A stretch of DNA of 64,000 nt, taken from positions 496,001 to 560,000 of the forward strand of contig MU054001.1 of assembly GCA_013239625.1 (NCBI GenBank). Reading direction: 5' to 3'. The position numbers and the translations under genes were made by a program. Shown here in pieces: positions 34,857 to 47,688 of the stretch. The DNA comes from Lama guanicoe. Its lineage: Eukaryota. The notes beneath the pieces are model-generated. The model was not told the origin of the DNA. It saw nothing but the letters and a program-made list of their open reading frames with translations, and searched no databases. Position 1 is the first letter of the stretch. Each line of letters starts with the position of its first letter.

Positions 34857-37279
34857 TCTAAGGCCAAAAGGTTAAGATTACAGTTTTGGGAGGCAAAGAG
34901 GCTAGTGTTCGGGTGCCGGCTCCGCTGCTCTTTATCTGGTGACTCTGGGCATGTCACTGTGGAGCTCTGAGCCTCAGTGTAGTTGTCTGTAAAATGGGAT
35001 ACTTCTAATTGTTGCTTCATGGGTTGATATGAGGATTAAGTGAGAGGCTGCCTCTAAAAAGGCAGGTCCCTAAATAATAATAATCATTTACTATATGTCT
35101 TTATTTGTTTATTTGTTATTTGTTTTGCTGAGTGAGGGGCCCTGCAGGGCTATCTCTCTGTATGATACCTGTTTGCTTTTCTGCCTGCTTCCTCACCCGG
35201 ACCATGAGTTCTCTAAGGGCAGGAGAGTCTGTGTCTCCCTGCCTGTTGAAATCACAAAGCTGGTGTCAGGGAGCGCTGACTGGCTCCCTCTGGCCGAGGT
35301 CCCTCACTCCTCTTGCTCAGTGAACAGCTGAGAGAGCCCTTCTAGTGAGGAAATCAGGTGAGAATGTGGGTGCCACAAGGACTCTACCAACATGGAATTC
35401 TCTTCAACGGTCTCCTTGTTTGGGTCTGGGGGCTATGGGACCCTGAGGGGCTCGGGGAGGCAGCCTCTCTCTCCCTGCAGTGCTTTCTCAGACCTGTCGT
35501 GTCTGGCAAACCTGACCGTTTTCCACCCCGGCTCCTTATGGGGTCCCTCCGAGTCATCGAGAGACCCAGAGCGGGCTTCCAGATGGGATGGAAGCCTATT
35601 TTTACCCCTATTGATCTCTCTTGCCCAGAAGCCGTCATTACCCTGGTGTAAAATGGCAGCTCCCAACGCAGGAGATTCTTGGCCTCTCCGGTCGATGGGT
35701 ACCCAGCAAATTGCTCCAAGCCACACCGGGCGGGGAAACCAAAATAACTTCACGAGACAGCCGTCCGGCCCAGCCCGGCCCTGCTGGAGTTCTCGGGAAA
35801 GGGCTAACTTTGACCCTTTCTAACATTATCCACAGCTTTTCTTGTCTTGTCGTTTTGGAAACAAAGATGAAGCTAGTCTCTAATTGGCCTGGTGTCTGCA
35901 GTTCTCGGCTCTGCCTGGCAGCTGGACAGAGGTGCAGGGCCTTCGCCAGGGTCAAGCCAGGCAGACGCTGATCCCCGCAGAGCACTGGTGGCCCAGGGAT
36001 CCGGGCTCACAGAGGGGTAGCGGGGACCTCTGTTCACCAAAGGGCAGCTGGGGCCGGAGAAGAGGACGATGTCTTATCCTTGTCCAAGTTAAAACCGAGC
36101 TCCCTCTCCCCATCGAATAGTCTGGAAATCAGCCCCTGCTCTTCTGAGGGGACAGATGAACAAGCTCATTGATAATGCGCCCAGAGCTGCCCTGCGGTGT
36201 GGGCATCAGCAGGGGAGAAGCAAAATGCGCGAACCCATAATGCAGGGAGCACAGTCTTGGTATTTGGGCAGCCCGCGTCCAGTCCCGTGGTGTGCCGGGA
36301 AATAGTTTGATAGCCGACTTCTCGGGGGAAGGGAGGAGCCCTTATGTGTGGCATTTGCTAATTCCCATCAGGCTGTGAATATTACCCTCATGGCTGATTT
36401 CAAGGCACCAATATGACTATATACAGAGTCTGGAAAAGGTGCACATGATTCACTCTCGTGAGCTGATACATGCCAGCCCCAGCTCACCATGGGCTCCAGC
36501 TCTATCATTGCCCCTCTGTGGCCTCCGACATGTTACTTGGCCCCTCTGTGCCGTAGGTTCCTCAAGTGTAAAATAGGAATAATAATAATAGAAGTAGCTC
36601 TTAAATTGACCATAAGATGTAAATGATAAATACGTGGAAAACATTAGTGCTGGGCCTGGTACATAGTAAGCACTCAGTTAATGTTGGGTATAATTAAAAC
36701 CCCTGGGATTATTGTTACTCAGTTCATAACTGAGTTGGCAGGGTGGCACTTGTGTACACGTACATACATACACGTTCTCTCACTTAAGAGACATGTGCAA
36801 GCTAGTGCATCACTAACTTGTGAAAGGCCAGGCAAGGAGAGATGAACATGGGGTGGATCATTCCCAGGAGGCTTCCTGGAGGAGGAAGGATTTGGATCCC
36901 AAGGAGGTAAGAGATGAGGAAAGCGAGCGAGAGGAAGATCGGGGTCCAGAGAGAGGAAACACCTAAAGAGGAACACGTGAGGACTCAGAGATGGACAGCA
37001 GGAGTCAAGGGAGTGAGAGTTGAGCTTAGACAGTGGGCTCAAACCCACTGAGTGTGGGCTGGCTGGTGCAGATGAGCTCAGCATCCCGGGGTTCTTGACA
37101 GCCATCCCAGAGCAAAAGTCCAGGCCATGGGGAGTCTGGAGCAGGGCACCCGGGCCCCTGGGGTTTCCCCTGACAGGCAGTGTCCTAGAGAATTGTCCTG
37201 AGCAGCAGGTTTTGTACCCCAAGATGCCCGGCGTTGTCAGAAGTGCCTCCCTCCATGCCTGCCGCCCCAGCACAGCCCG

Positions 37280-38030
37280 GCTGCCCTGACTCGGGTAATT
37301 GCGAGTGATAATTATCCAGTGTGTACAAAGGCCTGGCTTGTTTTCTCATTTGGGTGGGGGCCTGGGTTGCTTTGTTTGGGCCGGGAATTGTCGCAGAGCC
37401 TCTGTTTAGCCAGTGCTGTCTCCTCTTTGTTAACATTCCTCACTAACTGTGGCTCCTCGGGGGCTGGAGCGGAGGGAGGAGAGGCGGCACCCAGGCCCTC
37501 GAACTTCCGTGGCCCCGATCCTGACTCCTCAAACCCCTGGGAAACCTTGTCCTTGCTTCCTTCTTGCCAGAGCCATGGGGGACAGGCCCAGAAATAACCC
37601 AGCTCACCTGGCAGGTGCAAGACTTACATCTCAAGCAATTGCCCTAAACACCGGAGCCTTCCCTGCTACCCAGTGTAGGCTGAAAACAGTCATTAGGTGT
37701 CACTTTCTATAGCGGCCTTCTCTCTCTTTGGGGGCAGAGGGGATAATTACACACCTGGGCCCTCCCCACCTAGCACAGCCCCCAGGACAAATGCTACCTG
37801 GGTCCTCTCGGTCCTGGGAGCCCACTCCCACCCAGCATTTACACGGCCGACAAATGAATGTTTTTGCCTGTCCTCGGTTCACATAAATAGCCACAAATTC
37901 CTATAATTAACTACAGTAAGCTAGGCTGGGATTAAAACAAAGACGGGCTTGTTTACTGGGATGTTCTGAAACAAGCAATTTTCAACATTACAGTGTCAAC
38001 TGCTGTCTCTGTCTTTGTTAAGCAAGGCAT
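37280..38030. promoter_or_regulatory. Candidate enhancer (SOX, T-box, FOX, homeodomain)
   Basis: GATAATTATC 37307-37316; ACAAAG/CTTTGT at 37325, 37370, 37425, 37937; AGGTGTCA 37695-37702; TAATTA 37744, 37904; GGATTA 37929; TGTTTAC 37950. Confidence 0.5.
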
Positions 38031-38490
38031 TGGGGTAAGGGGGGTGGGGGCAGGTCTGAATGGTGAGGCGCCCCAGCTGGGAGTTGGGAAGGGGTAGAGA
38101 TGATCACTTCTGATGTTTCAGCCAAAATCCCTTTGTCCCTGGGTCATTGGGGCCCTGAGGCTCCAAGACCCACTCAACGTCTAGAGGAAGAGAGTGGAGT
38201 CAGTCACAGCCAAGGAGACACCCTCTCCTCTTCCCGGGTGACATGGTTTGAAGACCCCCGGAAAAGCTTCCTTCCTCCCTCCCTCCAGGCGAATGTGTCT
38301 CCTTCCACCTACCCAGCAAAATTCCCAAAATTTCTACTGTTAGGTGTTAAAGTTTGGAGACCCTCTGGCCCAAGCCCGCCTTTTCCAGAGGGGGAAATGG
38401 GCCCCCAGAGGCTACCATAGCTACCTGCTCATGGCTACTTGGCGAGGTGATGCTCTAGCAAGGACTTGACCCCAAATTTTCCGATTACTA

Positions 38491-38828
38491 CAGAGATCAG
38501 CAAACTCGGCATGGGCCTGGTTTTGTTTGTTTGTTTGTTTGTTTGTTTGTTTTTTAACAGCCTGAGAGCTCAGGAGAGTTTTCACATGCTTCAATAGCTG
38601 AAAAAAAATTTTAAAGAGGAATATGCCAAGGCATGTGAAAATTACAAGAAATGTAAGTATTTATGAAAAAAAAAGGTTCCTCTGGAGCACAGCCTCTGAC
38701 CGTTTGCAGGTTGTTGGTGGCTGCTTTCGACCTACAGGAGTTGAGCGGTTGCCCTGGACTGTATGACCCACAAAACTGAAAAGACGTCCTGCCAGACCCC
38801 TGACAGGACAAGTTTGCTAGTGCCCCTG
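38491..38828. mobile_element. MER58B-like MITE with internal (TTTG)n
   Basis: CAGAGATCAGCAAAC start and AAGTTTGCTAGTGCCCCTG end (inverted termini). Confidence 0.7.
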
Positions 38829-38878
38829 CTAGTGTATTACATGCTGCTCTATTGCTCTATTTTAAAAAAAGTTTCTTC

Positions 38879-39030
38879 CATACAGCACGGGGAACTGTGT
38901 TCAATATATTGTAATAACCTTTCATGAAAAAGAATATGAAAACAAATATATGTGTGTATATTCATGACTGGGACAGTGTGCTGTACACCAGAAATTGATG
39001 CATTGTAACTGACTGTACTTCAAAAAAAAA
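38879..39030 (+). mobile_element. Short camelid-type L1 3' end with A tail
   Basis: TACAGCACGGGGAACTGTGTTCAATAT...TGCTGTACACCAGAAATTGATGCATTGTAACTGACTGTACTTC followed by an A run. Confidence 0.85.
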
Positions 39031-42000
39031 AGGACAGAAATGTTTTGTTCAAGAGTTTGTTTTCTACTTGGCAGAACTCTTTCTTCAAACAAAATCTTGG
39101 ACAGATCCTTGGTGCATAGCACTCATCAAAGAGGGTCTGTTTCGTTTAGTTGGGTGGGAGTAAGGTAAGAACCCAGAGGAGATTTTGTGGGCTCCCAGAA
39201 CAGGTGGAGGAGTGTCTGAACCCCCAGGTAAAAATAGCGTCTCTTGCTAAAGCCTCCCTGTCCAACCCGGAATGCAAGGCTGTCCCCGTGGCCTGTGTTA
39301 CAATCATCATCGGACGAACCAGCTCTTGGGACAGACCCATTCTGAGAGGGGAATTGCAAATTGACGTTTCCTATGGGATGGCCTTACTCCACATGTGCTA
39401 GGCAAATGAATTTAACATTCAGTAAATGTTTCCTGAGCTTCTCCTTTGTGCCAGACTCTGTGCTAAGCTCTGTGGACACGGAGATGAACAGACTGGACAA
39501 GATCCCTGCCCTCCTGGAGCTGACATTCTAGTAGGAGAGACAAAGCGTGAAGACATGAAGTAATTCATGTCAAGTAGTTACACATTATAAGGGAAAAAAA
39601 TCAAGTGAGGGGTTAGAGAGAGATGAGGGTGTAATATATGATAAATATATGATAAAGGGGGGAAGAAAGGAGGTAAATTTGAACACAGAAGAAATGAATG
39701 AGCAAAAAAAAGGGGGGGTAGAGAAAAAAATCTAGACTTTGGAGAAAGGTTCTCTGAGTTTTCTAGTCACTAAAGAGAAAGCTTAGGGAACCATAGAGGC
39801 AGATTGGATATTGAAAGATGACCTTGAAAACTTGGAGATTTGTGCTGGGTAAGAGTTGTGGCGCGGTCCCCCTGCAGACACAACCTTAAAACCCTGTGTC
39901 TCATCACTTGTGATCCTAGTCAGACCAACCCCTGCCAAAGAACCCCAAAGCACAGACGCTTGTCCCCACTGGCAAGATCAGGTATCCAAGGCACAAACTG
40001 ATCCATGGAGAAAACCCTGGCATCCAGGTCCCCTCACCCCCTGAGAAGCCTTCCTGGGGAGGGTGGACTGTTGGGGGCCACGGGCAGTGATTCCAGGTCA
40101 CACCCTGCTCGCAGTGTCACGTGTCTGCAGCCTGTGCCCTTGAGTGGAACTCTCTGATGTCCAACCTTTTGTCGGTGAATTTGTTTATCTCGATGATTGG
40201 CTTTAATAGTGCTGCTGTAAAGGCAACTCAGTTTGCGGCATGGTGGCAAAGTCATAAAATGCCGAGAATGTGTTTAACAGCCACCCAGTGGTGATGAGGG
40301 CTCCTGCTGGCGCTGCCTCCCTGGCCCAGGGGCCAAATAGCTGCAAATGCCTTAGTCTGGGCCCAAGTCTGGGCCGAGAGGGTGGTGCACCGTGAAAGCA
40401 GAGGAAATCGAGAGATCCTACCCAAGGTGACCTTTCGCAAGCCACTTACCCTCTCGGGGCCTCTGCTGCCATCTCTGAAGAACGGGGAGAAATTGAATAA
40501 AAATACAACCTCTTGGGCTTGCTATGAAGAGCCAATGAAATGACATGCACGAAACCCTTTAAAAACCATTGAAGAGAAGCCCCACTGATGACATGATTCA
40601 CAGAGGCAGGGCGATGAGCGTCCAGTCTGGCCAGGGGAAGGTCGCCACCTATCTAAAGCAGGGGCCTCGTTCGACAGCAGACCATACGTGCAGAAGTTAA
40701 GACAGAGCCTCTGGGGCCAGGCTGCCTGAGCTCAAATCCCAGCACTGATACTTAGGGGTCGTGCAATTTGGGTCAAGTCACTTTTATCTCTTGGGATCTC
40801 AGTTTCATCATCTATAAAATGGAGATAATAACGAGTCTTACTGTGCCTGGGGTTACTACCAGAACTGCCCGTGTTAGTTATATAAATAGAGCAGTTAGAA
40901 GGAGCTTCGTTTATTGTGACTAACTGGGACCATCTCTGCCACCCAGGGCTGTCTTGAGGACAGAGAGTGGACTCTGAAATCAGTAGATTTCATGGGGAGG
41001 ATTCTCTTACTGATGTTTGGGGGCTGGCTGGGGGAATTTGGTGCCGGTGGGGCCTTGCTTCTTGTTTCTGCCTCTTCCTCTGGCTTGTCACTGCGTGACA
41101 GAAGTCCCGGAATGGACCAGATCTGCTGTACATAGTGGTTTCCTTTTTCATCAAATGATTTGCTAATGTTGAATTTACTGAACTCCAGGCATTAGTCTAG
41201 ATGCTGAAGACATGAAGGGGAACCGCCAGCCCAGGGCCCGACCTCAGGGAGCTGACGTTCTAGTGGGGGAGGCAAGAGATAACAGATGCAAACAGATACC
41301 TAATACCATGCCAGGGCATGAGCGATGCTAAAGAATACTAAAGCAGGTAAAGGGCTATCGACTCGGCCCTGCTTCAGTAGGGAGGTGGCGACTGCCTAGC
41401 ACACACCTCCTCTCTGACCCTCGGTCTCTTCATCTGGATAACTCGTGTGACAGGAAGAACCGAGCAAGATGTTCCCTCTGGTCGCTGTGCCCACCTGGTT
41501 GCTGCCTTCCTGGTGCCATCCTACTGCAGGCCCTGAGGCGTCCATCCCTAGCGAGGCCAGGGGCCGGGGCGAAGCTGGTACCTGGCTCCTCAGAACCGGT
41601 GCTGCCATCAGCCCTGAGCAGAGCTATTTTTTTATTCAGACCAAAGGTACAATTAACAGCCTCCGCTTGGGCCTCGCCCAGCCCTGGGGCCTCTGCTCAG
41701 CCTGACTGACCGGCAGGAGGGAGGAGACCCTCCCAGTGCCCCTCAGTCCACTGCCAGGGCTATTTTGGTGACTGTTATTTGGGCAAGGAGTGGGCTAGTG
41801 GCTTGTGGGAGGGAGGGAAGGAGGGAAGACGCTAAAAATACTGAGGCCAGACTGAGGTGACCAACCTCTGCCCTGTCACGGGCCCGGCCTCCCTTCCTGG
41901 GTCAGGAGGGCCTGGTCCTTGATCTCCCCTGCGGACAGGCTGCAGAGGGCTCAAACCCACCCGGGAGCACTTTGGTTTGGGCTAATGTTAGTCATGGTCA

Positions 42001-42861
42001 CTGTCAGTCGAGAGTCTCTGGGGGGCAGTGGTTCAGTGACCTGCAGAGGTCACACAGCTGGCAGGTGGAGGACAGATGTCTGAGAAGTTGAGAAACAGCT
42101 GTAATTGGAGCAAAGGGCAGCCGGGTCAGAGAGGCGTCCTGCCAGGGGGATGGTTTGGGAGAAATCTGCAGGATGGCGTCACCTCCCCAGGCCCTGCCAG
42201 CCCTTCCCTTGTTCCCAGAAGACCCCAGCCACGCCCCCACCACCTGTGCCCCTTCTCCACACATCTAATCCCACAAGCGAGCCCCGCTTCCTCCAGGACA
42301 GCTGAAGCGAGGACCCTGGTCAGCTATATAGCTCTCTTCTCTGCTTTCTCATCTGCTGAGTGGCTGCGCCCAGGGGACCAGGACCCTTCTGAACCCCGGC
42401 TCGGTCACACCTTGATGGTGGGTCACATCACCCAACTTCCTGGGCCTCAGATCTTTGGCTCTGATCACCATAGCTATTGGGTGATTCCCTGTGGTTTCTA
42501 CCTGATGGGAGCCCCTTCAGAACTGTGGTGTATTCAGCTTGAAAGTCAAGGTCTACTGCATGAGGGAGCCCACCTCTACCTGGCGAGATGGATCCCATCG
42601 GGGGAGGGAACCTAAGAGGCCCTTGACATTGGAATCTAATCAGTCATTCATTCACTCTTCTGTTCCTTTCTTCAGTCATTCTCAAATACTTTTTGAGTAA
42701 GCACCACCCACATATAGACATTTTTCTAGGGACTAGGAATCCAATGGGGAGCAAATCTAAGGCCTACATCCTTGTGGAACTCATGTTGTAGAAGGAATAG
42801 ACAGACGGTGTACCAATAATGAATCAGTGTGGTTGGAGGAGATGGGTGCCATGAAGAAATA

Positions 42862-42863
42862 GT

Positions 42864-42899
<36 letters not shown>
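42862..42899 (+). repeat. Compound (GT)n(GA)n microsatellite within an antisense L2 (~42640-43040)
   Basis: Read directly. Confidence 0.9.
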
Positions 42900-44769
42900 C
42901 ATGTAGGGGGCTGGAAATGGTGATCAGGAAAGGTCTCAAAGGACTCAAAGGATGAACCAGGACTCAAAGGATGTGCATATAGGAGCCATTTAACCCCTGG
43001 GGGAGGAGCTCTCTGGGAGAGGGTATGAAGCACAGAGGTGCTGAGGGGACAGCATCCTCAGAGGAGAGAGAAGGAAGGACCTCCACACCCACGTCCACCC
43101 TTCTGCCCCGCAGGTCCTGGGGGCAGAGGCAGACCCTCCACTCTCTTTCGCCATCACAGCCCCCTCTCCCTAGGGCGGGCCTCGCTCCCCTCTGCGCCCC
43201 TGGTGAACCTTCACCCTACAATTACCATCCTCTGCCCAGGGCTATTTCCTGCAGACTTGTAAATAGAACCTCTTTCAGCTCCACACACATTATGGTTTGT
43301 CTAAAACGGTGTCAAAGGAGCCAATTTTCCTGAACGGGGACCGTTGACGAGAGGTAAAGTTTACAGAGGATTCCCGCAGGACCTGGGTCTGCAGGAGTCA
43401 AAAATAAGGACCCAGGGGTGACGCAACAGCCCAGCAAAGCCAGTTTGCATAGAGGGGCAGACCTCGGGCATCTCTAGGGTGGATTTTCTTGAGGAAGTGG
43501 AAATAAGACACTTGGGCCACAACCTGACTCGGGTTATCGGGGCGGGGCCCCAGCTCAGGCTCAGGTAGCGGGAGGGCTTGGGTGCTGGGCCTGGCCTCTC
43601 TGATCTTTCTCCCTCTGCCTGGTCATTCTTACTCTTTGTGAGCCGACACCAATGAACATGACTAGCCAGCTGTGACAAGTTGCCGCCATCTTGCAGAAGG
43701 GAAGGAGGTATATGATTGGAGAGAGGAAAGAAGTGTGAGGAAGGGTGAGATGTTTCTAAGGACTCTTCCCACACAGACCCATATGATATGTGTGAACGGA
43801 GAAACAGCAGCCGCTCTGGGCAGAAGCAGCCCACAGGCACGGGGCTTGGTTGAGAGGAAGGCAGGCTGGACTGGGGTCCCGCCGTGAAGTTAAGGTGATG
43901 ATCTCCATCCTACAGGTAAAGAAACTCATGTTACACATTTAATGCTCAAAGTCACACACTTGGTAAGTGGCAGAAGCGGGATTTGAACCTAGGCCTGGCT
44001 CATCCCAAGGCCCGAGAGTTTTCCACGCTTCTAGACACCTCCCAGTCCTGACCCTGCTCTGCCTTAGCAAGTCCTGGGCAGAGCCCTCTGAGCAGGGATC
44101 TCAACAGATCTTGACCTTCCCGCGGCCCCAGAGGAGCGGCCTGTGCCAGCCCTGCAGCTGCCGGCTCTTTCCAGGGGCCAGTCCTGAACCCTGCAAGGCA
44201 GATGCTGCCCGCTTTGGCTCAGGTTCCAGTCTCACTTATGCTTCTATGAATAAAGGTCCAGAGAGCATTTTAGGAACCAAAACCACCTAGTAATCTTCCC
44301 TGTCTTTAAAAAAAAAAAAAACAAAAATAAAAACAGAAAGCTAGAACAGATGTTCATATCCTAGCTAGAAAAAGACACTCACTTGGATTATATAAAGATG
44401 GCCGAGGAAACAGAGGTCCAGGATTGGGTTCTGGACCCAGATTTACCTCTAAGTCATTTAACTTCTCTGAGCCTCAGTTTCATCATTTACCAAATGGATA
44501 AGAGTTAATATCCACCCTGTTCATATCCCATTTGCCTCGAGGGATAGCTGGATGGGAAATAGGGCAAAGTGATTAAGAACACGGATTTTAGGATCAAAGA
44601 CACCTCGGTCTGAACTCTCCACTTCACCGTTTCTAGCTGTGTGGTCTCTGGCGTCCGATAGTCCCCCCTCTGGGTCTCAGTTTCCTTAGCTGCAAAATGG
44701 AATTAACAGTCCTTGCCCGGTCTCTCTTCCAGGGTGAGTGTGAGGCTCCTGAGAAGCAGGGGAGTATAA

Positions 44770-45969
44770 TGTATCAGAGAGTTTTCCTTCTCCCCCTGGG
44801 GATTTTTAGTTAAAAGATTTATATACATATCTATGTATAGTTACACACACATGTATATAAAAGGTAAAATCATGATTTACATACAAATATAAAGGGAACA
44901 TGTGTCAAAGATTTTATTTAACTTATTAATTAATGAAGCAACAAGTAAGATGTTACAGCTGTTCGAAGAAGAACTCAAAGAACTCACGTATATAGGCAAC
45001 AGAGAAAGCGGAAACGAACTTACAAATAGATGCCGAAATAATCCATCTGCATGGCATTAATCAATTGCATTCCGACCAAACAAAATTCATTTGCATTCTG
45101 ACAGACAAGAAGCGTTTGAATTAATACTAGTTTTCTACAGCTTTCAGAGATGTAAAATAGCTCAAAGACAAAGCAAGAAATGCACAGATAATCCAGAAGG
45201 ATGAACTAGACAGAACATACGATTTTTTTTTTTCATTTCAAAGCCTTTCACAAATGTTCCTGACACAGTTCTGGTGCCCTCCCCTTCTGCCCACCTCCAA
45301 AACAGAGGAAAAAAAAAAAGTGTTGCTTGAGCCACTCAAATCAAGGATATAAGCATGTAGGTGTTTTATTCCCAGATAAGAATTAAAATGAGCCTGGTTG
45401 CCCCAGGCCCTGGGACCAGTGGCTTCCAGTCCCAAGTGACAGGAGGCATGTACTGAGCATACAGAGTCCCAGAATTGCGCTCTGAACCTCCAGTGAATGC
45501 TGCTTCATTTGGAGAAAATATTTGTTAAAATATGCAACACCTGCCTACTTCCAGGCACATCCCCCTAATATCATCCTGTAGGGGTGACCACAAACTTGCA
45601 ATACTCCCCTGATGTTTTGCTGAGCCACCTGTCTCACAGGCGTCCGGATAAGATGCTTGCTTCTCCAGTGAAGGTGGATGGAGCCCTCAAGGCAGAAAGA
45701 AGAGTCCCTCTCCTGCAAGGTGCATGGCCACCCACAGCCACGGGGACACACATCACTCCTGTGAACAGGTTTACAGCCAGAGTCGTCTTCTTGGAATGGA
45801 AGCCCAGCAACTCCAAAGGCATCTAGCATCTTGTCAACATCCCTGGCTGTTGGGAGGAATTTCAGAACTGTAACTTTTTAAATGTAAACATTCAGAATGC
45901 CTCACTTTTAAACTTAGGAAACTTTGAAGTAAATGGAAAGGTACTTGGCACTCAGAATGGTCTCTTACA
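44770..45969. mobile_element. ~1.2-kb old LTR-like element (possibly LTR78-type)
   Basis: Starts TGTATCAG, ends CTTACA; internal AAAGATTTTATTTAACTTATTAATTAATGA...GTAAGATGTTACA recalled as a eutherian interspersed repeat; family uncertain. Confidence 0.45.
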
Positions 45970-46252
45970 CAGGCAGCTCTGGAAACGTATATGCCAGCTA
46001 CCGAGACATGTCATGTTTTCTATCAGCCTTGCCTGCTGGTTACAGAGACTCTGTCTTGTCCCCTGTGTGAGTTGCTAGGAGAAGCATGGGATTTGGAATG
46101 ACTTGGACTGGGAGTTAAATCCTACATTTGAATTTTTCTACCTGTCTGACTTTGAACAAGGTTCTCAAACTTTCTGTGCCAGAGTTCTTTGTTGTGTAAA
46201 AAGGAGATCACAGCAATTGTATCTTAGCAATTGTACACAGCTACCTTACTAA

Positions 46253-46633
46253 GTGTATTGGTCAGGAAAGGCTAGGTCATGCTGTGTAACAAACAACTTT
46301 AAAATTTCAGTGCTTCAAAACAAGAAAGATGTATTTGCTCACCATACTGCATGATTATCATACTGGCATGGAGCTCTGGTCCATGTCATGTTCATTCACC
46401 TAGGCTGACAGAGGTGCCATCTGGAATATCACTGGCCAGTGTGACAGGGTGAAGGGAAAGCAGAGAATCCTGAATTAATCCTGAAATGCTTACACCCAGA
46501 AGTGACACATTCACTGATCTGGGCAAGTCACAAAGCCACATTAACTTTAAAGGGAAAAGACAGTACAATTCCTCTGTGCCTGGAAAGGGAAGGAAACTGG
46601 AAATTTTGTCAAGCAGGACTAATGTTTACCATA
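46253..46633 (-). mobile_element. MLT1J-like MaLR LTR
   Basis: TGTATTGGTCAGGAAAGGCTAGGTCATGCTGTGTAACAAACAAC antisense 3' end. Confidence 0.8.
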
Positions 46634-47179
46634 CCAAAGTCCAAGGACGAGCATGTGGGAGAATCCCTTAGATTATGGAGGACTCGAGCCATGAAGAGTT
46701 TTCACATTCATGATTATTCTCAGGATATTCTGACCACTGGGATGACCACCTTATAACTGAGAACTGACACACCTTCCACTGCCTTGTCTACTTTTGTGAT
46801 TCCAATCACATTGGTGTCAAGAAGTACAACTGTAATCACTGAGGGCTGAGAAGAAAAGAAACAGAGATAAACTTAATGTGAAAAGATGCCAAATGAGAAG
46901 CAACTGACAAATGTATTACAGAATATTTCAGGAACTCAAAAGAGCATTGGTGTAGCAGTCAGCGCCATCATCTTATTTCAGGTGATGGTTTGGTTTTGGT
47001 CAAACATTATTCTTCACCTTAAATATATCTGTCTTAAAATTTGAATGTTACTATTGCTAAATATGAATATTACTACTTTTAAACTACATCTTTATTTAAT
47101 TCATCAATGTGTTTGCATTATATAGCTGTATGAGGGCTATAAGATAGCTTTGTATTTGTAATTTGCAGAGGATACTCGC

Positions 47180-47688
47180 TGTTTTTTTTTGGTCACCAAG
47201 CATTTGAATGCTCTTCTGATGACAGTTGAATCCCATCTTATGAATTAGGGTCCACTTACAAATAGAGAAGCTGAAAATGTCAGCAATCTGCTTTCCCAGC
47301 CTCTCTTGCAGCTAGGGAACAGTTACTTGACCTGAGTCCACCAATCAGATGCACTTTCTTTAGATTTTGATAGAAGCTTGTGATGGGTAAAAGGAGAGAG
47401 ATGACAGAGAACCCTTCCAGAGGAGGTTGGCGGCTGTGGTAGCTGCTACATTGGGGGTGCAGTATGGGTGGTGTCTGCAGAGACAGCCCTGGCATCTGTG
47501 CCAGCAGCAGCCCCACCCCAAGCTCTGTAGGACCCGTTCTGCCATTTGATTTGATGTTACGGGGCCTCCATCCTTGTTCCCTGGTCTCCAAGGAGAGTCT
47601 GTTGGCCATTCTGCAGTGTTTCATTAATATGTTTTCTGCTTATTGCTTTCTGTTGTTTGCAACATACCTACAAATATCTGAGTGATGT
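47180..47688 (+). mobile_element. LTR16-type ERVL LTR
   Basis: TTTCCCAGCCTCTCTTGCAGCTAGGG...CCACCAATCAGATGCAC...TTTCTGTTGTTTGCAAC. Confidence 0.75.

Noticed and set aside
42940..42973. GGACTCAAAGGATG repeated twice
   Set aside because: Small slippage duplication inside an L2
46640..47170. AT-rich unassigned segment
   Set aside because: No ORF, termini or motif cluster I can support; probably a decayed repeat
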